Source: Thalia democratica (lineage: Eukaryota). From it: a stretch of 64,000 nucleotides of DNA. The notes beneath the pieces are model-generated. The model was not told where the DNA came from. It saw nothing but the letters and a program-made list of their open reading frames with translations, and ran no database searches. This document shows positions 1-11,700 of this stretch, one piece after another (the first letter of the stretch is position 1; each line of letters opens with the position of its first letter). The DNA lies in NCBI GenBank assembly GCA_965202585.1, contig OZ241833.1, positions 19,716,001 through 19,780,000 of the forward strand, written 5' to 3'. The position numbers were made by a program, and so were the translations under genes.

Positions 1-2220
1 ACTGATTAAAATAATATTAATGAGTATTAAATAGAAGTGTTTAGCATGTAATTGTAGTTTAAAGTTTACTTTTATACTAAGCGAATTTGTTTTAATAAAT
101 ACCTTTTTTAACTAATTACATAGTAACTACATACCACTAAATTTATTAACAAAATTAAATTAAATTTTTATTCGCGCTAAATGCAATTGAGTCAAACACT
201 TTTGATGTCTCGATAAATTTTTTAGGAATTCAAAATAGTTATATTTAAAAGTAGTCTAGATAGGTTATTAGACATATGCAACAGTAATTTTTCAAGTATA
301 TTTGGACTTATAAGATACGTGTTAGAAATCTTGAAAAACTAAAAATAAAATAAAACTAAATATAAACTGTCTTAATTAAATGTTAGCTTATAAAAACATT
401 TTTTTATATAATAAGAGTTATCTTAGAATTTGTTTTGTATACATATAATAAGTTATTGATATCAAAACAATTGATAACTAATAAATGAAAATAAGATTTG
501 GATAATCCATTGAATAAAAATATAGAAAAACTTAAAAAAATTTTGTCTAAAAAAAACTTAGTAAGACTAATTACGTTGATACCAAATATAGTGTGAAAAT
601 TAAATAGTTTTATCAAAAAACTAATCCTTAAAATCTCTATTTATTGGTTAAATTCACAAGTTAATAAGTTTCTATTTTTTGGATAAAATTAGATTTAGAA
701 ATGTATGTTAATTTTTCAAGTCGTAGTAATTTGTTAGCCTTTTACATTAAACAAACTTAAAAATGTGTTAAAAAGTTTAAAAGGCAACAGCTGTAACTCA
801 ATAATTCTTAAATTGTGAATAAAAATTTGTTAAATTAAATCCTAACTTTTAAACATAACGTTTTGTTAGCTTAAATTTTTAGATTGTGTAAACTAGTTTT
901 GCCTGAGTTTTTATCTTTTTTATTTATAAAAAACTCTCTTAAGTACATCAAGTCGAGTTTCTAGAACCGCCCTTATGTTTAGGACTTAATTTATGCTTTG
1001 TCATCAAAAACTGTTGTGTGTAGTTTATTTTTTGCAGTATACCATGCTTTATTGTTAGTTATTGACCAGTTTTAAAGATTTAAAACTTACTGTTAGTTAA
1101 ACATGTTTAAATATATATTTTTGTTTGTTAACAAATTACTGTATGAATAACTTGTGTTTACACTGTACATGTTAATTTTCAGAAAAATGGTAAAATCATT
1201 GCATAAATAAAGTTTTACAAAATGCAAAATAATTAATGGGTAAACTTTCTCAAAACAATTTTCTAAGCTTATAAAATCTAACAATTTTAGGTTAATTAAA
1301 AAAATAAAGTTTTTGCTGAAATTGATTTAACTTAGAAAAAAAAGAATTATTAGATTGCGATAAAAGTTAATAGGTTTAATTTTTTATATAAACAACAAAG
1401 TAGAGTATTTTAAATACTTTATAATGACTAAGTTACAGATTCTATTTATTAAACAACATTTTGACTATTCAAAACCTTCATAATGTTGAATTGAACTAGA
1501 AAAGGAGTAAAAAAAGCTGGTGTATGTAAACAAGCATTGTTTACTTTCTAACAAAGAAATTTACACAGTATCGGTATGGACTTTATGATGAAAGAATACT
1601 TTAGTGCAGTGCTAACTTTTGTATAACTGCAGCAGTGAACATAAAAAAAAAATAATATAGAAAAATTGAAAAGAAAAAAGTATGCTTTTATTAATAATTC
1701 TAGATTAAAATGCTTTTTTTTACTTGCTTTTATTCTTTATCAAATATTTTTTATTAAAAGTATACTAATTTTCAAGTTCTGATTTTAAGTTTTATTTGTA
1801 GTCGTCTGTGAGTTATTGTCTAAGTTAAAAACATCAAAGTTTCATTAAAAACTATTCTTTTAAGATAAAAGTACTTTTTAATTATATTTTGAAGTTTAAG
1901 TATATTTTTATTTAATTTACTTAAAAGTAGAAAACAGTTAAAGAATAAACAAGTACAGTATATACAATGCTTAACACTACATATAAGGTATATTTTTAAC
2001 TTGAAATAAAACTTTTAAAGTTTTCGTTAATATCGTCAACTTTTAGATATATATTTTTTTTACTTATTTCAGCTTGCATGTTTTATATTATTAATATATT
2101 TATGGACTATATGAAATATTTATTTATTCAGCTTTTGAAACTGTTTAGATTTTTATTTATCAAATTTATATAGAAATTTATACTAGATAAAAAAAATAAA
2201 ACTTTACTTTTATCATCACT

Positions 2221-2472
2221 ATGAAGGTAATTTATGCAGGATTCTCAAAATGTGGAACAAAAACAATGAATTCTGCGTTAAACGAACTTGGTTTTAATGT
2301 TTACGACTTAGTTGAAAACTGCCAGTTTTTAGGGAAAGAATGGAATAAAATATTAACAGTTGGCGGAACAACAGAAGATTTCAGAAAAATGTTTGAAGAT
2401 GTTGATGCAGTAACTGATATTCCAGGATGTTTTTTTTGGGAGGAGATACATAAAGCATTTCCAGACTCAAAA
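2221..2472 (+). CDS. Sulfotransferase exon 1 (MKVIYAG...AFPDSK)
   Basis: ATG at 2221; donor AAA|GTGTTT at 2473 (weak consensus), phase 0. Confidence 0.85.
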
Positions 2473-3984
2473 GTGTTTTCATTATATAATCACTAAAACT
2501 TTATCTTGATATTTTTAAATTTTTTAGTTATAATACAGTAAAAGTTTACAGGCGATATTTAACTTTTTAAGTACGCGTTGATTTCTGCTGCTTTGAAACA
2601 AAGTGCAATAATAAGTATTGCTGTTTTATGTAAAGTTAAAAAAAAACTCAAAAAAACAACAACATTACACAATTGTACAGTAGTTTTTATCTAAAGTAAT
2701 CATTAATTTTAGGCAATATAAGAGTTACGCAGAGTAAGATAATATAGAATTAAGAACGTCATGCGTATTAGTTGTGTTTTTTATCAACATTTTATAACAA
2801 ACTTTTAAATTTAAATCGTCATGTTTTTAAATTTCGTTTCCAATACTTAAACTTTACAGCGTAGTACACAAAAATACATCTGTTCTAAAACTAAGATCTT
2901 CTACTAAGCAGTATTGTAGTAGAAGAAAAGTATTAAAAACTTTACACATGAACACGTTTTAAAAACAATTTGGATTTTTAAATTTTTATATACTAATACA
3001 AAAATTTTTATTAATTGAAATATTAATAAAAATATTTAGTCATATAAAAAACTTTTAATTTAAGGCAAGTTTAAGAAGAAATTAACACATTAATTTAGTT
3101 AAAAAAAAGAACCTGAAAGCTACAAAAAAAAGTTTGAATTTATTAGCTGTTTTTTACAGATAATTTTTAGCCAACGAGAGAGCGAAGATATCTGGTGGAA
3201 AAGTTTTGAAAAGCAGTTGAAATCTAACGATGTATTTGTTTTGAAACTTTTAGGTATTCTATCTCCGACGTTTATTCACTTAGACACGTTGGGAAGAAAA
3301 ATAAGTAAGTGTACCTAGAAGTTTTTAACTTATAAATAAATTTTACTCAAGTTTAAGAAAAACTAACAAAATGAAGTTAAAAATGTTAAATACGAAGAGA
3401 TCTATTAAATAACTAATTTTTGATAGTTTTTTGGTACAATATTCTAAACATTCAACAGCTAAACTAAAACTAAATTTTTGCTTATATCGGTTTAAACATG
3501 TACGACTGAAAAAATGTTTTTTGAAATAGTTTATTTTTTAGTTCAAACAGCTTTTGGTTTTAAGTTCTCCAATCCTTTGTTTGGTAGGCCTACGTATAAC
3601 GAAATGATGGCACGAAAGTCTTACAGAATGCACAACTCTTATGTTTTAAACGTTAGTAATCTTTGTCAAAGTTAGTGTTTGTAAAAACTTATTTATTGTT
3701 TTTAAAAATAAACACAACATACGCTAACTCTTTAGAACGCACCAAAAGATAAACTCCACATCGTAGATTTCACTAAAGGCTGGCAGCCATTATGCGAATT
3801 CTTGGAGGTTCCAGTGCCAGATAAGGAGTTTCCTTACAAAAACAAAGGGGCAAGCGGTACCAATGAAATGATAAACACCAATCCTGTTTTCATCAGAATG
3901 CAAAGAGAACTGATTTTTTCTTCGGCAACAATTGCTTGTTTATTTGGTTTTGCTGCTTATAAATTTGTTAACTTTTTAAAGTAA
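2221..3984 (+). CDS. Sulfotransferase-like gene (Sulfotransfer_4/P-loop type), 4 exons, 251 aa, with a hydrophobic C-terminal tail
   Basis: Exons 2221-2472, 3160-3304, 3542-3651 and 3736-3984 join through GT-AG introns (phases 0,1,0) into 756 nt with no internal stop. The N-terminal MKVIYAGFSKCGTKTM resembles the PAPS-binding loop. D.P..FFWEEI..AFPDSK, R.SEDIWWKSF and KGWQPLCEFLEVPVPDKEFPYKN match my recollection of this family (no HMM run). Confidence 0.87.
3160..3304 (+). CDS. Sulfotransferase exon 2 (IIFSQRESEDIWWKSF...LGRKI)
   Basis: Acceptor TTTTTACAG|, donor A|GTAAGT, open frame. Confidence 0.85.
3542..3651 (+). CDS. Sulfotransferase exon 3 (..QTAFGFKF...YRMHNSYVLN)
   Basis: Acceptor TTTTTAG| (an in-frame alternative CAG lies at 3548-3550); donor AAC|GTTAGT. 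Confidence 0.8.
3736..3984 (+). CDS. Sulfotransferase exon 4 (NAPKDKL...KFVNFLK*)
   Basis: 84-nt intron with GCTAAC branch-like motif and TTTAG| acceptor; in frame with track ORF 3802-3984; TAA at 3982-3984. Confidence 0.88.
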   Translation, partial: NAPKDKLHIVDFTKGWQPLCEFLEVPVPDKEFPYKNKGASGTNEMINTNPVFIRMQRELIFSSATIACLFGFAAYKFVNFLK

Positions 3985-4599
3985 AATTACTAAAAATTCA
4001 AGCTCATTTCAAATGAAGCTAACTTAAATTTTTAGTTTGTTACGTTTTAAAAACTGCTTAAAATGATTTTAATTCTAGTTTACAAAGTTTAAAAACCTTT
4101 AAGCAGATGATAGTTATCATAACAAAATAAAATAAAAATCCTTATCTCTTGCATTTTTTTTTTTTAAATTTACTATTTTTTGTTGAATATTTTTGTTTCA
4201 GTAGAACGTGTTTGAAAAGTTTTATTAAATAAAATCAATGATAATTTTTTTGGAACTTATATTTGCGTAAATTTAAACTGCGCCCATAACAAAAATCACT
4301 CATACAGTAATATCTTGTTAGGTATCTATACTTAGCCTATTATTTTTTTAGTCTTCTTAATTGTTAGAAAATATTACTCGACTATCTTTTAATAGTCTTT
4401 TAATAAAACTTTGGTCGTGGGCAAATTTCAAAAAATATAATTTTTGCAACCATAGTTGTAGTCTTACATTTTTACTGTTCATAACAGACCCGAAGTGTTT
4501 AAAATAAGTTTTGAATTTGTTAAGCTTTCTCTATATCTGTTTTTTAATGCTGTTTAATTTAAACTTAAGAATATCTAGCGTACGTTTTACAAATTTTTT

Positions 4600-4704
4600 T
4601 TCAATCTGCATTTGCATGTTCGCGAACCGCAGTTGTACCATTTTATGGTCTGCGTCCCATAAAAAATAGACACATGCTCACATGCCGCAGTTTACCTAAC
4701 CCTG
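4600..4704. mobile_element. Degenerate hAT/Charlie-like MITE end
   Basis: Ends GCCGCAGTTTACCTAACCCTG followed by GTTTAAAG (NTNTANAN-like target). Carries TGCGTCCCATAAAAA, similar to the reverse complement of TTTTTATGGGTCGCA in the 8505-8767 element. Partner end not found. Confidence 0.4.
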
Positions 4705-6003
4705 GTTTAAAGCTTTGAAAATAATATTTTAAATTATTTTTCAAAATTCAACAGCTTATGATTTTAGTTCGCTGATTTAACTTGTTAAAAAAATAAAACA
4801 GTCGTCAGTTAGATTATATTATTATTTTTTTTATTGTATTATTTTCTTTTTTAATCACTAAAACATGTAGTGCAACATTAATAATAAGTTTTCCTTAATT
4901 TTATATGTTAGCTAAAAATTCTTAAACTTAAGCTCGTTACTTAAATACAAAAACTACAAAAGTTATTAGCTTTAGTTTTACTGTTATAATGTTTAAAAAC
5001 GTTTTGTTCAAAAATGATCAACTCTTAGTATGTAAAAACTTTTTAAATCAGAAGCTATTATTAATCGAATTTAAATAAACTATTTTAAAATATTGACTCT
5101 TAATACAATTGAACAAAAAAAAGTCCATTGTTTTTTCGGTTAAGTTATAAATTTATTTCGTTTTGCAATATTTTAAAACTTATATGGTAACAATAGTAAG
5201 AAACTTAAATAAAAATTAATCAAGTCAAGGATATTTAACTAAATCAGAAATTTTTTCTAAACAAACATGATAGAATTTGTTAAATAAATTATAAAATTTT
5301 GCTACTGTACTATTTTATTTACTTAAATTAAAAAATAATAAACATACTAGTTTAGCTTTCATTGAGATTTTTATATCATTTCAAATACTAAACACTCATA
5401 ATTTTTTATATATTTTAGTAGTTAAGGCCTTTTTTCGGACAAAATTAAGTCAGAATAATATGTTATTTATTAAAATATTAAAACAGACTTTAAATTGGAT
5501 TTATGTTTGAATAAAAAAATTTGTTATAAAAGTTTACTTAATTGTGGTTAAGTAAATATCGTATATAAGTATTATAAAAAGTCTTTTCTATAAAAGTTCA
5601 AAAGTTTTTAAATAGTCTTGGTCGATTAATTACCTTTTGTATTCTTAATCAACAACCAAAGTTTAAACAACTAATAAGTTTGAATCAGCGGTTAGAAATT
5701 TAAAAAATGCAAAAATGTATCTATTATATAACCTAATCAGAAAACTTTTATTTCTTCCTGAATGATCCCACTAGCCATCTTTAAGAATCTCTAACTTAAT
5801 TTTCTAGAATTTTATACTCATACTTGTGTAGTTTATAGGTTATAAATGTTCGGTTTGTTGAACACTATAGGCTTATTTAAAAATGAAAAAAGTGATGAAT
5901 ATAATTTATCTGATAATTTCAGATTTAATTGGTAAGTTGTTCTTTTGATAATTTAAAAAGTAAACTTTACCTTGTATCAAGATTTTAGCTTTACTATATA
6001 CAG

Positions 6004-6301
6004 CAGGGTTTCCCAAAGTGAGCCAAGTGGCCCTCTTGGGAGCCATTACAAATGTTCAGGGGGCCACGAGCAGCAAAGGGGCCAAAGGCGGGGCCATGAG
6101 CAGTAAAGAAGCTACAGAGCTACAGGGGAGCCATGAAGTCATAATTTGAAATTTACACTAGATACTCTAGAGTTGACGATGAAGAGCAAAAAACGAGGTC
6201 TTAGTTGTTTTTAAAGGTAGTTTGAGTAATATTGTTGAAGGGGGCCATAGACTTTTTAATTTCTTCAAAGGGGGCCACTTGAATTTTTTTTGGAAACCCT
6301 G
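6004..6301. mobile_element. hAT-type MITE (298 bp)
   Basis: TIRs CAGGGTTTCCCAAA / TTTGGAAACCCTG; 8-bp TSD ATATACAG / ATATACAA (7/8); multiple internal GGGGCCA subterminal motifs. Confidence 0.87.
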
Positions 6302-8504
6302 ATATACAAACTTAAAGGTTTTGTTTTAGTTACCACAAAATTTGATGTAATAACTAAGTTTGAACCTTGATAAAAGTAAGATAGTTTTCGATAATAGTTT
6401 TTTAACATTGGTTGTAATAGTAGCTAAATTTTTATGAATTCATATTACTATTCATTTTAACTATTAACTTCCTTATGGCTAAGTACGTACCATTCACATA
6501 TGCATTTCTTCTCGAGTACGTATTTTTGAACCAATAGCTTTGATTTCAAAATTAAACTTACATGTACTTCTTAGGTACGTTATACGTTTACATCAGAATT
6601 TAAACTCTTATAATTACAACTTCGACTGTAAATATTTCAAAAAAATAAAGAGGCTACATTTCAAAAAGTAATATACCCTTTAAAAAATCAAAAAATGCTT
6701 TTCAAGATTTAAAATCAGAAAATGTACTTTTATTAAATAGATATTTTATAATTACTAAAATTTACTATATTTTAGTAGGTTTTTAAACTTATATAATCAA
6801 ATATAAAAAGTTATATAAGGTTTTAAAAGTATAAAAATCTTAATTGGGGTGTTAATAACAAAATAATATTTTTTTGTTTTTATTAATATTTGTAAAAAAT
6901 ATAATTAACAACTCCTCAGAATTAACATTTTTTTTTTAATTTGAGAAGTTTCAATTTAGATGTCAAAATTTGAACTGTCGTTCACCCCTTAAGTACGCAC
7001 AGGCTGTGTTCAGAGATCTTACAAAAAGATCATTTCTAAAGGAAGATTACTGTAATTTAGAATTTAACAAGTTTACTAAATTATGATTTTTACAACAAAA
7101 GTTAAAACTATTATATCAAATTAAATGCTTGATCATTAAACAGTTGGACTCTAAACCTTTAAACTAAAATTCACTTTGTTGTTACTTTTACATATTAATC
7201 TGCAATTTTAACTATTTTGAATGACACAATTGATTTTTTGAAACCAAAGTAAACAAAATGCATTTCTTTTTCACAACCACCATTACGAGGACTTTCATAG
7301 GCGCAAATAAACAAATGGTCACAAACTTACAACTGGAACAAGGTTGGTCGAAGAAAATGCTCAGAGAACCATGCATGAGTACTTTTCGGATCCAGTAAAC
7401 AAGAGGCTGACCGATTATCTCGTTGAGAGAAACACTGAAGGTGCTTTTTTTTGACAATGAAAGCTGTTTCCGAAGAATCAAAGCAACAGTAACTACAATC
7501 TGAAATTTTGTACGTTCGAACCGCCCGAGTTTAATTGTTGATGATTTAAGAAATTACGCTTTTTTTATGAACGTAGCCGCGCAATTAAAGGATGTATAGT
7601 TTCATTGTCAAAGTATTGTTAAATTTATATACATTTAAATACATATATTTTATATATGTACCTTAATTTATTTATAGTTTCTTCACTCCACATACTTCTT
7701 TGTTTTATAGTATGAGACGCTATACGAACTTTAGATTATGTTAGTTGGTGCCAGTGGCAATGTTTAGTTATATAAGTAGTAATATATTTGAGTTCTGAAT
7801 CCTGAGGCTCTAAACATTTATTTTTACTTTATTAGTTTAATGTGTATGAAACAATCAACCTGCTATAATAGTTGGTTTACTGATAATATTGCTGTTAGAA
7901 AAACTGTTAGCTTTTCATATTGTTATTCTGAATAAAAATACATAAAGTTAAAATTTTGTCTACAATTTTTTATATTTTAAATTTAAACAAATAAGTTAAT
8001 CTTGTTATCATACTGAAGTTTATTTATAGTTTTAAAAGAACTTTTGATACTGCTTGCTAAGTTCTAGTTTTGTTTTAGATATCAATTTCTACTTGCCGAA
8101 AGCAGTCAATATTATTTAGATTTTAACTATGTCTATTTTCAAATGAAAGTAATTTACTGTTAATAAGCTCCCCTTATTTTTTTACTTAGTTTAGTATTAA
8201 CTTATTTATTTTTAATAAAAAAAAATTTCTCTGTATTTTATTTGTTACTTTTTATAATGTATGTACTTAGTTTAAGTTATAACTAGTCAGTTTGAACTTC
8301 AATTGTTGGTAGATAAAACCATCATCAAAAAATCTTATATAATCGTATACAACTCATGAAACTTTTAGCTTGTTGTTAGGATAACTTCAATAACTTTTTT
8401 ATTTGTTTGTGAACAAATTTTCATGATGTTCAACATCTGCTTTCTCTCATTTTTAAAAATTTTAATGATTACATTAGGATCTACTACCGGTTCTATATCA
8501 TACC

Positions 8505-8767
8505 CAGCGGTCGGCAGGCATGTATATTTAAAAGTAAAACGGGCTAAAATTGTAGTTTCAGTTTTTACTTTTAAAATATATGAGTGTTAGTTTCAGATTT
8601 CCCATATACTTTACCTAAAACTTTGTTTTATGCTCTTCACTTTAACCTCAAAATATCTAGTGCAAGTTTCAAAGGTTTTTTTTTTATGGGTCGCATCAAA
8701 TTTAAAATGAAAATATGCTTGAAGACCGCATTTTTACCCTTCATGAGCCACAGTTTGCCGACCACTG
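8505..8767. mobile_element. hAT/Charlie-like MITE (~263 bp)
   Basis: TIRs CAGCGGTCGGCA / TGCCGACCACTG; Charlie-like right subterminal GAGCCACAGTTTGCCGACC. TSD not recognisable. Confidence 0.68.
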
Positions 8768-11700
8768 ACTTAGACCTTTTATAACAGTTTAAAAAAAATA
8801 TATAAACATAACAATAAAAGTCAGCCAACAATTTTCGATTTTTTTAAATTTTTAAGTATAGCAGTTAATTTTATTCTATTAAAAATTAAACTTAGTTTTT
8901 GATTTTATTATGACTTTCATAATAATCAAAAAGTATTCTTAAAGTTATCTCAAACATATTATAAAAAATATCTATAAAGTTTACTATACTTAAACAGTTT
9001 TATAACTTTAGTAGATTTAGTTTAGTTTGTATAGTAAAAAATAAAAGTGTCCAACAATATGCTTTTTAAAAATAGTTAAGTTTTATGTTAATAAAAAATA
9101 AACAGATCAATACACTGATATAAATTAAAATTTTTGTCTAATTTTATTTTAAGTTTTATAAATTATACAAACAGTATTAATCTAACTAAATTTTTTGGTT
9201 AATTTTGATTGTGATTATATATTTAAAAATAGTCGTTCAATTTTAATTTAAAATATTAATAACCTAATTATATATATTTTTTTTTTTTTGGTTGGTTAAA
9301 AAAATTGAATAAAATAATCTTGTTATATAATACTGTTTTCTTTTTTACAGTTTTTATATATACTTTTTAGTTAAAATCTAACTAGTAATGAATAAAAATC
9401 TAGACTAAATACAAGTACATAACCTATACAGCTTTGTTTAACATATATTTGCAATTGGTTGTTAAGTAGATTTAATGTTAAAAACAAAAAATGATTTGTT
9501 TTATATGTTTAGCTTCTTAAGATTTTCGTTTATTCAATTAATATTATAAATATATGTTCGTCTTTTTAAGATAATACTACAACAATTACAACTTATAACT
9601 ACACACTAAAATTAGAAAAAATAACAATTTGTTTTTATTATTTGCTTTTTAAGTCACGTTTACCACTTATTAACTTAACATATTTAAGAATATTAGTATT
9701 TTTTCTTTAATTCAGTTATAAAACTTGCTTTAAGATATATAAGCAATATACCAGTCTTAATATTTTTTTTATTTGTAAAAATATTTTAGATGCATACTGT
9801 TTAGGGAAATTTGATGTTTGTTAGTCTTTAATTACCGTACTGACATACGACATAAATTATTTTTTCGTAAATATATTTTCCTTAAATTACCTTAAAATAA
9901 TCTGTTTTCTACAGTTTTCCAATTGTAATTACTTTACTTAAATTTTTGCAAGAATTGTTTACCATTCTAAATTAGTCTTAGTTTTTTTAATCATATATAA
10001 CTTAACAGTTTAAGTCAAAAGTAGAACTATAAACTAATGTTTGTTAGAACAATTTGTTTTCGGTCTTTAAAAGTTTTAAATACGAAAAACGGGTTAGAAA
10101 TTAAAAACAAGTAAAGAATTTATGTTTTTTATTTTTCTTTAAATTTAAATAAACTAATACGACTTAATAAACAAACATCCTCGTTTTTCAACTGTATTAT
10201 TTTTAAAAAATGAATTTTACAATCAATATTTTTAAGAAATTTTAATCAAAAAATACAAAGTCTCTAAAAATAGTAGCGAACAAAATACTACTACTTAAAA
10301 ATACAATGCAGTAAAAAGAAGTATAAAAAGGTTGTAATTTAGATAACAACTTGGGAATTAAAAATATAGATAATCTATTTATATGTCATTTTTTGTATAA
10401 AGTCTAATACTTTCAATCGGTTGTTCATTAAGAATAGTAAGCTAGGCTTTAAAATTTATTTAACCTTTGAAATAAACTGTACAGCTTTTAGAAATGTTAA
10501 AACTAATAACTGTAATTAGCTCAATATTTTTTTCATATAATTTTTTTTTCTTCGTTTTTGAATATTTTGTTGCCTTATTTTTTTAGAATTTGTGTATTAA
10601 TTACGATGGTAAAATGTTAACAAAATATATAGAAATACAGGTTTTGATTTTTTGAACATTTTAATTTACTAAATCTATCTTAATGACACAAATTATAGGA
10701 ATTACAAAAACAAAATAAGTAGTTATAAATTAATTGAGTTATTTCATAATGAATAAAGTAATAACTAAGTATTTAAAATGAGTCTTTGATAACTTTAGAC
10801 ACCTATGAAAAAACGTCTTGACAGTAATTTTTGTTTTGTGTTAAGTTAAATTTTCGGAATCTATGACAAAAGTTTATTAGCTAGATGAGAATAAATAAAG
10901 AAAGATAAAACAAAGTTAAGCAACTTTTAATAAAAGAGTCGCGCAAAATTAGAAGAAATTTATTGTATAAATTTTCTATTAGTACTTTTTACTTTGATAG
11001 AAAATTTTCGTTTATGACACACTAAACCTAATAAATAAAGGTTCCATTTACATTTTATAGCTTTAAGAACACTTTTCTCTTATTGATAGTCACATATATC
11101 TAAATATAAAAAATTAATGATACTGCATGAGTAACCAAAAAGAAAATATATAAACATAAAGCTAATTTCAATAAACAAAATTTGTTACCATAAATAAGTT
11201 TAGGATCAGTCTTTTTAAAATGTACATAATTGAATAATATATTATTATTTCACGTATCTACACATTTCTTTCATCTACATTTTGTTTCTAATTGTTAAAG
11301 TATGTTCGATTTTACTGTTTTGAGTTACAAATGGTTAAGTAAAAACAATCAGAGTTAAAAAAAACTTTTTTTTATGAGTTTAAAGCTTAAACTTTATATA
11401 TTTATTAAATACAGATGCTAAGTAATTTTTTTAGGTTGGTAAATTTCTAGTTTATTATGCTAAGCTTTTTGGTATTGTTAAGATTTAAACTTCTTAAAAA
11501 AATGTGGTCGTTAATTTGTTATAAATAAAGTTTTTCAGAGTAAACTTACATTTGTATTTAAAAAAATAAAAAGTTGAAAACATAAATATTAGTATAACAA
11601 AATCTACTCGCTCATTTGAAATTTTTCCTAACTGTTTTAGCGTTGAAGTTATTGAAGTATTATTATTAATGTTAATGTCGTTTGTATAATATTATATGCA

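Noticed and set aside
5871-5931. Plus-strand exon-like segment (CTATAG| ...LFKNEKSDEYNLSDNFRFN... |GTAAGT)
   Set aside because: Joining it to the next plausible acceptor (7301) gives an immediate stop; GTAAGT is expected many times by chance here.
7748-7805. A-box/B-box-like pair (GGTGCCAGTGGCAA ... GAGTTCTGAATCC) suggesting a tRNA or SINE head
   Set aside because: No cloverleaf, the B-box is interrupted, and no second copy exists in the window.
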